A stretch of 64,000 nucleotides of DNA, taken from NCBI GenBank assembly GCA_048173955.1, contig DBEYOB010000046.1:12413-76412 (forward strand), written 5' to 3'. A program made the translations under genes and the position numbers. The DNA is from Coriobacteriales bacterium (GTDB lineage: Bacteria; Actinomycetota; Coriobacteriia; Coriobacteriales; UMGS124). Under the pieces are notes generated by a model. That model saw only the letters and a program-made list of their open reading frames with translations, was not told where the DNA came from and did no database searches. Shown piece after piece: positions 1-8,551 of this stretch (positions within the stretch are counted from its first letter, which is position 1; every line of letters starts with the position of its first letter).

Positions 1-387
1 TCGGTAACGGTAAAGCCAGGCACCCATAAACAGGCCCTGCGCGGTTCCCGCCACTGCGCTTCCGATAATGGAGACGGCCCCGCTGTGTAGACCTGATCCC
101 ATCCACAACAACAGCGTTCCCGCGATGGCCGCTGCTGTTCCGATTAGGGCGTAGCGGTTTTCGGGATTCGGGTCGGTGGAGGGTTTGACGAACGAGAGGG
201 CGAAGAACGTCGAGGCGACTGCCGCCTGAAGGCAGATGTGCAGCGGAGCACCTATGTCAATCGGTGCGCCGAACGCGGTGCCACCATGGTTCCACCCGAG
301 CGTTACCCAGGCAAAAAAGAGGCCGAGACTCAGGCAGGCCGACACCGTGGAGACGTGGGGCCCTCGCTGCGTCACCGCTTCACTCAT
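1..387 (-). CDS. Multi-pass membrane protein, N-terminal part only (gene runs off the left edge); probably the sensor domain of a membrane-bound LuxR-type regulator
   Basis: My own reverse-strand translation from ATG 385-387 reads MSEAVTQRGPHVSTVSACLSLGLFFAWVTLGW...AAIAGTLLLWMGSGLHSGAVSIIGSAVAGTAQGLFMGAW and stays open to base 1. Its hydrophobic helices resemble the N-termini of the LuxR membrane regulators at 24224, 44031 and 55014. It lies just downstream of a flavoprotein gene on the same strand. It is absent from the ORF track because it is truncated. Confidence 0.45.
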   Translation of the reverse strand, partial: MSEAVTQRGPHVSTVSACLSLGLFFAWVTLGWNHGGTAFGAPIDIGAPLHICLQAAVASTFFALSFVKPSTDPNPENRYALIGTAAAIAGTLLLWMGSGLHSGAVSIIGSAVAGTAQGLFMGAWLYRYR

Positions 388-725
388 GCTCGAATCATCT
401 CCCTGCAGTCGCTGCATCGGCTGCGTGAAAAACGGGTGTCTGTCATCATGGGACTATTATTGTAGCAACGACCGTCCAAGGGGTGGTGTTTTGGCGATTC
501 GAGGGGACGCTCGATTTCCTTGTGACCCGTCGTAATGGCATCGGACCGGCTTGTCGTAGGATGTTCGGTGCCTATGTGCCGGCGGATACTCGCCACAGTT
601 ACGGTCAGAGTTCGCCCCGCGCAAAACCCGCCCGGCGTTGGATGGAGCGCCGGGCGGGTCCAAAAGGGGGGATGTCGCTTGTTGTCGGAGGGGTTATCGA
701 CGGTGAGGGTCGTTCGCCGGCGCAT

Positions 726-2447
726 TTACTCCCAGGGCTGCAGTGTGGCGATGTGGTTGGCCGCCACATAACCTACGACGTAACCATTGGCGAGTGTTGT
801 TCCGCCGATGGGGTAGCCGCGACCGAGGACGTTGGCGATGCAGCAGCCGCCGGCGTACAGGCGCGGGATGACTTCGCCGCGCACGTTCACGACCTGGGCA
901 TTGGCGTTGATTTCGATGCCGCCGGCGGTTTGAAGCATACCGGGATAGATTTCGGAGCAGTAGAACGGGCCCTCCTTGAGGGGTGCCATGCAGGGGTTCT
1001 TGAGCTCGCCGGACTCCACGCGGGAGGCGTTACCGGCGGTGAAGCGATCCCAGGTGCCCTCGCCGCGATGCCAGTCCTTGTCGACGCCCTCTTCGCACAT
1101 GGCATTCCAGCGTTCGACGGTGGCGAGCAGGTTCTCCTTGTCGATGCCCATGCCGTCGGCCAGCTCTTCCATCGTGTCGAAGACATGGAGCCATTCGGGG
1201 AACTCGCCGGATTCAATCATGCTGGAGAGGGGTTCCACGCCGTTGCCGAAGGAACCTTTGTATGTACCGTCCGAGATGACATAACCGGGGATGTTGCGCC
1301 ACTCACGGCTGCCGGTGTCGTAGGCGTCAAAGGCACGACCGATGAGGTCGTAGCTTGCACCCTCGCAGCAGAAACGTTCGCCGTGCTTGTTGACCATGAT
1401 AGAACCCGTCTGGCCGGGAGCGAGCCATAGAGGGTTCTGCTCTTCAGAGTGGGTTGCCCCGGTGTCGAGCGTCAAATCGACGGAGGCGTAGCGGTCGGGA
1501 TGCTCCTCCATGTTGTAGCACATATTGTACGCTTTGTTCATGTTGCGCATGTTGGCACCGAGTTCGGCAGCCATGACAAGGCCGTCCCCGGTGTTGGTTT
1601 CTACGGCGCAGGTGGAGTAGATGGGGTGGTTAATGTAGTGGCGTACCATCTCGCGGTTGTGATCGAAGCCGCCGGTGCCCAGCACTACCGCGTAGCGTGC
1701 CTTGATGGCGATCTCGTTGCCGTCGGGGTCGGTCGCCCACAGGCCGATGACCTCGCCGTCGCCCAGAGCTGGATTGCCGGCGTAGATGAGCTTGGTGGCG
1801 GCGGTGCCCATCAACACCTCGATGTTGCGGGCCGCCAGGGCGTCCTTGGCGTATTCGGGTAGTGCACGCCCTGAGGATGCTCCGGTTGCCTCGTGCGTGC
1901 CGATGCTGACGTAGGCATGGACGCTGGAGTATTCGTCTTCGATTTCAGGGAAGGGATAGTAGAAATTATAGGGTTGGCCATCAACCATGCCGAACGACAG
2001 CCATCTGTAGCCGCAATCGTTGTTGAGGTAGTCGGCGGCTGCGGCGCAGTTGTCGATCATCATGTCGTCGCTCGACTGTCCTTCGGCGCAGCTTGTGAAG
2101 TAGTCCTTGAGGACGTCTCGGGGAATCTCCGGGCAGCCGGCCTCAAGAGCCATGGAGTTGTTGGGGCACAGCATGCCGCCGCCGGACAGGGCCGTGGTTC
2201 CGCCGAACCAGGTGGGGTGTTTCTCGAGCACGAGCACGTCGAGCCCTGCGTCGTGGGCGCGGAAGGCGGCCGATACAATCGACCCGGTGCCCACGACGAT
2301 CACATCAGTCTCGCGATCCCACTTTTCGGGCATCCAGGACTGACCGGCGGCTTCATCGGCGAGTGCGACTGGTGCGGCCGCGGTTGCCAGGACGGTGCCA
2401 CCTGCCATGCCGGCAGTTTTGACGAACGAACGTCTGCTAAGTTCCAT
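726..2447 (-). CDS. Tat-exported FAD-dependent oxidoreductase (fumarate-reductase-like flavoprotein family)
   Basis: ORF 726..2474, with the start moved to ATG 2445-2447, which has GGAAGGAAGG about 9 nt upstream. This gives the twin-arginine signal MELSRRSFVKTAGMAGG...ALA. It has the dinucleotide-binding motif DVIVVGTGSIVSAA and a C-terminal RLYAGG FAD motif. It is paralogous to 7 other ORFs in the window. Confidence 0.85.
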   Translation of the reverse strand: MELSRRSFVKTAGMAGGTVLATAAAPVALADEAAGQSWMPEKWDRETDVIVVGTGSIVSAAFRAHDAGLDVLVLEKHPTWFGGTTALSGGGMLCPNNSMALEAGCPEIPRDVLKDYFTSCAEGQSSDDMMIDNCAAAADYLNNDCGYRWLSFGMVDGQPYNFYYPFPEIEDEYSSVHAYVSIGTHEATGASSGRALPEYAKDALAARNIEVLMGTAATKLIYAGNPALGDGEVIGLWATDPDGNEIAIKARYAVVLGTGGFDHNREMVRHYINHPIYSTCAVETNTGDGLVMAAELGANMRNMNKAYNMCYNMEEHPDRYASVDLTLDTGATHSEEQNPLWLAPGQTGSIMVNKHGERFCCEGASYDLIGRAFDAYDTGSREWRNIPGYVISDGTYKGSFGNGVEPLSSMIESGEFPEWLHVFDTMEELADGMGIDKENLLATVERWNAMCEEGVDKDWHRGEGTWDRFTAGNASRVESGELKNPCMAPLKEGPFYCSEIYPGMLQTAGGIEINANAQVVNVRGEVIPRLYAGGCCIANVLGRGYPIGGTTLANGYVVGYVAANHIATLQPWE

Positions 2448-3061
2448 AGTAATGGCCTTCCTTCCGTATTTCAATTTGCCTGTTGTCGTTGGCTATCACG
2501 GTGGCGGTCGATTGCGAAAACCTTTGCACCGGTTACGTTCGCCGCAGGAAGTGCATGCCGTGTCAGCCTGGCAACAGCATGGTTGTGAGTGGAGATTCGG
2601 TCACTAACCTATAGGGATGAACGCTGAGCGGAGTTGGATTGGACTGTTTGGTTGGTATTTTTTTGAACAAATTCAAGAAATAGCCGATGAACTGGGTTTT
2701 TAGACAAAAAGGATGAAAAGGTGTGTCATATGGACGCGGTTTTCCGCGTTCTCGGCATGAATGAAAATAGTTGGTCGCTACAATGGTTTCTAAGACAACG
2801 GTATCGCATAGCTGAGTGTGTGGCAAAGAGGATTGGCGGAGGGCCGACTGGTGGCGCAGACAGATTACTGGCAGGGCCGTTCTTTTGTCGGTGTGTTCAT
2901 TGGTTGCCTGAGTTTGGGAATGGTTTTCTGTTGGGCGTCGTGTGTCGCTGGGTCAGGAGGGATTCAGCAGGGTGTCGCAACTTTGTCCGGCATTTCGATC
3001 AATGGGGTGATGGCGAGCCAGAGCGACTTTCTGCTCAGGCTCATGGCCGGTCTTGCGCTTT

Positions 3062-4513
3062 TGGGGACCCCGGACAAAATCTCGGACCGAGCTTGGTCCA
3101 GGAAGGGAGTCCGATGTACACCAAGGAGGAGCGCGAGGGGGTCCTCTGGGAGTTCCACCGCAGCGGGATGAGCGTCCCGGAGGCCTGCCGGCGGCTGCCG
3201 CTTTTCCCGACCCGCCACAACCTGTATCTTTGGCTGAAGATGGAGGAGGCGGGCGAGCTCGCCGCGACCGAGATGCCGGACCGGCCGGAGCGCATGCACT
3301 GCGCCCACGGCGAGGGCAGCCCGAGGTACGCGGCGCGCGCCCGCCGCGGGCGGGAGGGGGCCGGCGGGGCGGCGGAACCTGAGCAGACGGACTGGCGCGA
3401 CTGGGGCGCCGACCTGCCGGAGGACCCGGCGGAGCGCGCGAGGATGGCGGAGGTCAAGCTCGCCGAGGCGCTGGCGGTGTTGGACGTCCTAAAAGCACCA
3501 GGCCCGGCCTCTTTGACCAGCATGGAGAAGTGGCGGGCCGGGGAGCTGGCGCGGGAGAGGAGCCCGCTCGTGAGGCTCGGGGACGTGACCGAGACGCTCT
3601 CGATACCCAAGAGCACCTACCTGGACCAGGCCGCGAGGGCGTCTAGGCCCGACCCCAAGGCCGCCCTGCGCGTGCGCGTGCGCGCCTCCTTCGAGGCGAG
3701 CGGCGGGGCGTACGGCGCCGGGTCGGTGACCGCCGACCTGCGCTCCGGGGAGGGCGAGCCCGTCTCCTGGCGCGACCTGGAGCCCGGGGGCATGTCCGCG
3801 CCCGTCGTCGCCTCCGAGAAGGTCGTGCGGGCGATCATGGCCGAGGAGGGCCTCGTCTCGCGCAAGGCGGCGCAGATGGCGCGCCGCGCGCGGTACTCGA
3901 GCTGCGCCGGCGAGCTCTCCGAGCGCCCCGCCAACCTGCCGCTCGCCGAGGACGGCACCCACGACTTCCACGCGCCCGAGCCCGGGCTGCTCGTCGTCAC
4001 CGACGTCACCGAGTTCAGGCTCGACGGGTACAAGGCCTACCTCTCCCCGGCGACCGGCTGCTTCGACGGGTGGCCGGTGTGCTGGAGGCTGTCCAGGCAT
4101 CCGGACAAGGAGCTCATGGTCGGCATGCTCTCCGACCTCGTCGAGGAGGTCGGGCCCACCGAGGAGAGGCCCCTCGTGCTGCACACCGACGGCGGCTCGG
4201 CCTGCATGACCGGCGACTGGGCGTCGGCGTGCGAGGGGGGCCACGTCGTCCGCTCGATGTCGCGCAAGGCGAGGAGCCCGGACAACGCCCGCGCCGAGGG
4301 CTTCTTCGGCACGCTCAAGTGCGACTTCTTCGAGGGGAGGGACTGGGCGGGCGTGGGCTTCGAGGAGTTCGCCGCCGCGCTCGACCGCTACATCGAGTGG
4401 TACCGCAGCGGGAAGCTCAAGAAGGCGCTGGGATGGAGGACGATCCGGCAGGCCCGCGAGGGGCTCGCGGGGGCGGCGTAGCCGGAATAGTCCGGAAAAA
4501 CGTCCGGGGTCCC
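3062..4513 (+). mobile_element. IS3-family insertion sequence (about 1.45 kb), boundaries +/- 3 bp
   Basis: Terminal inverted repeat GGGACCCCGGAC (3064-3075) pairs with GTCCGGGGTCCC (4502-4513). Each copy is followed 8 nt inward by GGAC/GTCC. TTT occurs on both outer flanks (3059-3061 and 4514-4516), compatible with a 3-bp target duplication. The element encloses a DDE transposase ORF. Confidence 0.7.
3114..4481 (+). CDS. IS3-family transposase (HTH + rve/DDE integrase core in one reading frame)
   Basis: ORF 2721..4481; the start is taken at ATG 3114, which has GGAAGGGAG upstream. The N-terminus MYTKEEREGVLWEFHRSGMSVPEACRRL is HTH-like. The DDE triad context is VVTDVTEF, LHTDGGSAC and NARAEGFFGTLK. 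The part of the ORF upstream of 3114 lies outside the inverted repeat. Confidence 0.85.
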   Translation: MYTKEEREGVLWEFHRSGMSVPEACRRLPLFPTRHNLYLWLKMEEAGELAATEMPDRPERMHCAHGEGSPRYAARARRGREGAGGAAEPEQTDWRDWGADLPEDPAERARMAEVKLAEALAVLDVLKAPGPASLTSMEKWRAGELARERSPLVRLGDVTETLSIPKSTYLDQAARASRPDPKAALRVRVRASFEASGGAYGAGSVTADLRSGEGEPVSWRDLEPGGMSAPVVASEKVVRAIMAEEGLVSRKAAQMARRARYSSCAGELSERPANLPLAEDGTHDFHAPEPGLLVVTDVTEFRLDGYKAYLSPATGCFDGWPVCWRLSRHPDKELMVGMLSDLVEEVGPTEERPLVLHTDGGSACMTGDWASACEGGHVVRSMSRKARSPDNARAEGFFGTLKCDFFEGRDWAGVGFEEFAAALDRYIEWYRSGKLKKALGWRTIRQAREGLAGAA

Positions 4514-4983
4514 TTTCGGGGCTATCTTGTCCAAAAACGCGCCCATTCAGTAGCGCCCGCGAAAGAGTGCTCTAACTAATATCATAGTATTAAATATTAA
4601 CCTGCGGTTTTGTAGACGACCATTGCATCGACGGGTAGTTCATGGAGTCTGAGGGGCGCCCCAGGGCGTCTGCTACAAGCCAGCGCTCCTGAATAACCCC
4701 CTTTTGGGACGAGATACCCTCGGATTTTGGCAGAGGAAGGCAATTTTCCCCGAAATTATATTTAAGATTGATATATGTTGCAATGGGCGATGGAGCTGCT
4801 TCGAAATCGAAGCACTCGACAGCTTCGCCGCGGTGAACGAGGCGCTGGCGCAGGTGTAAGGTTTGCCGCGCAGGCGTAAGGCATCGGCGCAAGGGCCCAC
4901 CGGTCGGCGCAAGGCGCACCGAACGGGCATCCCCCCGGTACTGCATGCCGAGGGCCGGTGCCCGTGGGGCGGGGTCCGTCTCC

Positions 4984-6561
4984 CTACGACCGCGCCCTCG
5001 CGAGCGCCTCGTGCCAGCCGTCGACCGCGCGCCGGCGCTCGTCGGCGGCCATCTGCGGCTCGAACCGCGCACCCGCCGATGCGTTGGCGCGCAGCTGGGC
5101 GACGCCGTCCCAGTAGCCGACGCCCAGGCCCGCGAGGTAGGCGGCGCCCAGGGCGGTTGTCTCGCTCGTGCGGGCGCAGACGACCGGGCAGCCCAGCAGG
5201 TTGGCCTGCCACTGCATGGTGAACCGGTTGCGCGAGCCGCCCCCGTCGACGGCGAGGCGCCCCAGCCGGCAGCCCGCGTCGCGCTGCATCGCCTCGACGA
5301 TGTCACCGACCTGGTAGGCGATTCCCTCGAGCGCGGCGCGCACCAGGTGGGCGCGCGTGCAGCCGCGCGTGAGCCCGCTCACCAGGCCGCGGGCGTTGGC
5401 GTCCCACCACGGCGCGCCCAGGCCGGTGAACGCCGGTACCAGGTGGACGCCGCAGGTGTCGGGGACCGACAGGGCGAGCTCCTCGGTCTCCTCGGCCGTC
5501 CGCACCAGCTCGAGGTCGTCGCGCAGCCACTGCACGACCGACCCCGCGTTGAAGACCGATCCCTCGAGCGCGTATTCGACCGCATCGCCCGGTGTCGCGA
5601 TGATGGTGGTGAGCAGGCCGTTCTCCGACCGCACCGGCACGGGACCCGTGTTCATGAGGATGAAGCAGCCTGTGCCGTAGGTCGCCTTCGTCTCGCCGGG
5701 CTCGAAGCAGCAGTGGCCGAACAGCGACGCCTGCTGGTCGCCCGCGACCCCCGTTATCGGGGGGCGCGCCGTCATGATCTCGCCCGCCACGCGCCCGAAG
5801 TCTGCGCGCGACGGCAGAACCTCCGGCAGCATCGACGCGGGGATGCCGAACAGGTCGAGCAGCTCGTCGTCCCAGGCCAGGTCGTGGATGTTGTAGAGCA
5901 TCGTGCGGCTGGCGTTGGTGCGGTCGGTGGCGTGCACGGCGCCGGCGGTCAGGTTCCAGATGAGCCAGCTGTCGACCGTCCCGAACAGCAGGTCGCCCGC
6001 CTGCGCCGCCGCGCGGGCCCCGGGCACGTTCTCGAGGATCCAGGCGATCTTGCTGGCCGAGAAGTACGGGTCGGGGACGAGGCCGGTCTTGGCGGCGACC
6101 GTCTCGGCGAGGCCGCGGCGCACGAGGTCGGCGATCATCGGCTCGGTCCGGCGGCACTGCCAGCAGATGGCGTTGCACACCGGGTCGCCGGTGCGCCGGT
6201 CCCACACGACGGTCGTCTCGCGCTGGTTGGTGATGCCGACGGCGGCGATGCGGTCCGAGTAGATCCCGCTTGCGAACTGCACCTCCGAGATGGTCGAGAC
6301 CTGCTTCGCCAGTATCTCGCGCGCATCGTGCTCGACCCAGCCCGGATGCGGGTAGTGCTGGGTTATCGGCTGGGACGCCTGGGCGACGGGCCGTCCGGCG
6401 GTGTCGAACAGGATCGCGCGCACCGACGTCGTGCCCGAGTCGAGTGCGAGCACGTAGGCGGCGTCGGGGTCGTGCGCGCCGGCGCGTCCTCGCGGGGACG
6501 TCGCTGCGGGTGCGGCCGGCGGGGTCGATGCGGTCGCGTGTGCTGCCGTCGCTGCTGTCAT
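4984..6561 (-). CDS. glpK: Glycerol kinase
   Basis: ORF 4984..7143, trimmed to ATG 6559-6561. It carries the motifs YVLALDSGTTSVRAILFD, GITNQRETTVVWD, DPYFSASKIAWILENV, FGTVDSWLIWNLT and YGTGCF. Its start overlaps the stop of the upstream gene (ATGA). Confidence 0.9.
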   Translation of the reverse strand: MTAATAAHATASTPPAAPAATSPRGRAGAHDPDAAYVLALDSGTTSVRAILFDTAGRPVAQASQPITQHYPHPGWVEHDAREILAKQVSTISEVQFASGIYSDRIAAVGITNQRETTVVWDRRTGDPVCNAICWQCRRTEPMIADLVRRGLAETVAAKTGLVPDPYFSASKIAWILENVPGARAAAQAGDLLFGTVDSWLIWNLTAGAVHATDRTNASRTMLYNIHDLAWDDELLDLFGIPASMLPEVLPSRADFGRVAGEIMTARPPITGVAGDQQASLFGHCCFEPGETKATYGTGCFILMNTGPVPVRSENGLLTTIIATPGDAVEYALEGSVFNAGSVVQWLRDDLELVRTAEETEELALSVPDTCGVHLVPAFTGLGAPWWDANARGLVSGLTRGCTRAHLVRAALEGIAYQVGDIVEAMQRDAGCRLGRLAVDGGGSRNRFTMQWQANLLGCPVVCARTSETTALGAAYLAGLGVGYWDGVAQLRANASAGARFEPQMAADERRRAVDGWHEALARARS

Positions 6562-7682
6562 CGGATGGTCTCCTCTGCGTCTTCGCTGGATGCGCCCTTG
6601 ACCTGTGCACATGTGCCGCTTGCCTCGTTCGGAAGGAACCCCTTCCGCGCGAGCCAGCTTGCTATGTCGCCCATGACCTGGGTGCGGTTTGTCTCGTTGA
6701 GCAGCTCGTGCCGGGCGTCCGGATACATGTTGACCTCGACGTCGCGTGCGCCGCACGAGCGCATGAACCGTGCGACCTTGGGTGCCGCGCGCCCCATGGA
6801 GCCGACCGGGTCCGCCGTGCCCGAAATCAGAAGGACGGGAAGATCGGCGGGCATGCCGCGCACGATTTTGGGATCCTGCGCCATGCCGATGAGCCGGAAC
6901 AGCTCGTGGTACGCCGCGGCCGAGAACGTGAACCCGCAGGCGGGGTCGGCCTCGTACGCGCGGTACGTCGCCGGGTCGCGTGAAAGCCATGCCAACCGGC
7001 CGCCCTCCTCGCGCGCGAACGTGCGCGCGTAGGCCCCGATTGCCATGCCGTCGACGAGGCACGGGCGATGGGTCCAGCCGCGGGTTCTGCCGACGAACGT
7101 CGTGGCGGCACGGCCGAACGCCAGGGCTGCCCCGGGTTGCCACCCCGTCGCGCAGACGATTGCCGCGTCGACCCTGCCGACATGGCGCCCCAGATAGGCG
7201 CGCAGCACGAACGATCCCATCGAGTGGCCGAACATGACGCGCGGCAGGTCTCCGAAGCGGTCTGCGAGCAGGGCGCCGACCCGGTCGACGTCTTCGAGGA
7301 GATGCTCGGCTCCGGCGTTAGGTTCCAGGACGCCCCATGACTCCTGCGAGTCGACGCTGCGCCCGTGGCCCAGATGGTCGTGCCCGGCGACGATGCATCC
7401 GAGCGCGGCCAGGTGGCGGGCGAACACGTCATAGCGCCCGATGTGCTCGGCCATGCCGTGGACAAGCTGGACGATTGCTCGCGGTTGGGCGGCGTCGGGG
7501 TCGCACCGCTCGCCGCCGTGCCGCTCGCCGCCGGCGGACGCCCCTTCGGGCGGTGCGGTTGCCGCGGCCAGCCAGAGGTCGCCCTTGATCGTGGTCGTCC
7601 CGTCGGAGGAGGGCAGCGAGAACTCTTCCCGCGTTATGCGGTTCGTCCCGCTTTCTGCCATGCAGCCGTGGGGTTCGTCCAT
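6558..7682 (-). CDS. Alpha/beta hydrolase (lysophospholipase / monoacylglycerol-lipase-like)
   Basis: 374-aa ORF with HGMAEHIGRYD, the nucleophile elbow GHSMGSFV and a C-terminal DARHELLNE histidine motif. GGAAAGGAAGG lies before ATG 7680-7682. The gene is translationally coupled to glpK. Confidence 0.8.
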   Translation of the reverse strand: MDEPHGCMAESGTNRITREEFSLPSSDGTTTIKGDLWLAAATAPPEGASAGGERHGGERCDPDAAQPRAIVQLVHGMAEHIGRYDVFARHLAALGCIVAGHDHLGHGRSVDSQESWGVLEPNAGAEHLLEDVDRVGALLADRFGDLPRVMFGHSMGSFVLRAYLGRHVGRVDAAIVCATGWQPGAALAFGRAATTFVGRTRGWTHRPCLVDGMAIGAYARTFAREEGGRLAWLSRDPATYRAYEADPACGFTFSAAAYHELFRLIGMAQDPKIVRGMPADLPVLLISGTADPVGSMGRAAPKVARFMRSCGARDVEVNMYPDARHELLNETNRTQVMGDIASWLARKGFLPNEASGTCAQVKGASSEDAEETIR

Positions 7683-7884
7683 CGTGGCCTTCCTTTCCGG
7701 GGCCGCCCGGGTCTGCGGCTGCCTGGAATGTGCTCGGCGCCGCTGTTGCCCACTATGCTAGCACGTGGCCGCCAGCGCTTGGCCGCCGGCGGGATTCGGT
7801 CGCGTGAGCTGCGATTCGTCCGTGCGGGTTGGCGGACATGCGGCCGACGGCTATGCGGGCTGGCGGTCGTGCGGGCTGGCGCTC

Positions 7885-7980
7885 GTGCGGGCTGACAGCT
7901 GTATAAAAAATGGAGAAAATTTCTAAAATGGAAAATATGATTTCCACTATGCAAATAGTTATACACCTGTCAGCCCGCAC
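7885..7980. repeat. Palindromic element: GTGCGGGCTGACAG / CTGTCAGCCCGCAC arms around a 68-bp AT-rich core
   Basis: The left arm is 7885-7898 and the right arm is 7967-7980. Both arms are extended outward by degenerate tandem copies of the same motif (GTGCGGGCTGG on the left, CAGCCCGCAC on the right). The arms match the terminal repeats of the elements at 25697, 27742, 29746 and 33524, but the core differs. Confidence 0.5.
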
Positions 7981-8042
7981 AGCCGCATGCGCACCCAGCC
8001 CGCACGGCCGCATGCGCGCCCGCCCCGCGCGGCCTCGCGCCC

Positions 8043-8525
8043 CTAGCGTCGCTCGACGAGCTGGATGAGCTCCTCGCGGTTGGCCGTCTCGGTCTTCTTG
8101 TAGATGTGCGCGACATGCGTCTTCGCGGTGTTCTTCGAGATGCAGAGCGCGTCGGCGATGTAGTCGAGCTGATGCCCCGACACCCACAGGCGGAAGACCT
8201 CGCGCTCCCGCTCGGAGAGCCCGTGCGCCTGCTCGAACGAGGAGAGCCGCTCGCCGCGGGTGTCGCGGGGTTCTGCATGGAAGTGCGCGTAGCGGATGCC
8301 CCACGATATGCCGAGCAGGAGCAGTGCCGCGGCCGAGAAGATGAGCGAGAGCACGGTGTAGGTGAGAATGTTGGCGGTGACCAGGATGCCCGAGACGGCG
8401 CCGATTGCCACTCCGCCGTTGACGATTGGAAGGGAGAAGCGCCTCCAACTGGTCGGCGTTTCTTTGGGAGTCCGTTCGAGGGCAAGTGCGAGGCCGAGCA
8501 GATAGATGAGATATTCGCACGTCAA
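8043..8525 (-). pseudogene. LuxR-type regulator fragment (last ~3 TM helices + C-terminal HTH); start uncertain, probably a deletion remnant
   Basis: The C-terminus GLSEREREVFRLWVSGHQLDYIADALCISKNTAKTHVAHIYKKT is a LuxR HTH. No in-frame ATG exists downstream of the neighbouring gene; only TTG at 8523-8525, which lacks an RBS. About 160 aa remain, versus 474-551 aa for the paralogs in this window. Confidence 0.45.
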
Positions 8526-8551
8526 GACGATAGCATGCAGAATCTGGGCGG

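Noticed and set aside
2721-3113. N-terminal 131-aa extension of the transposase ORF
   Set aside because: It lies largely outside the IS inverted repeat (which starts at about 3062) and has no protein-like features. The ATG at 3114 has a good RBS and starts the HTH domain.
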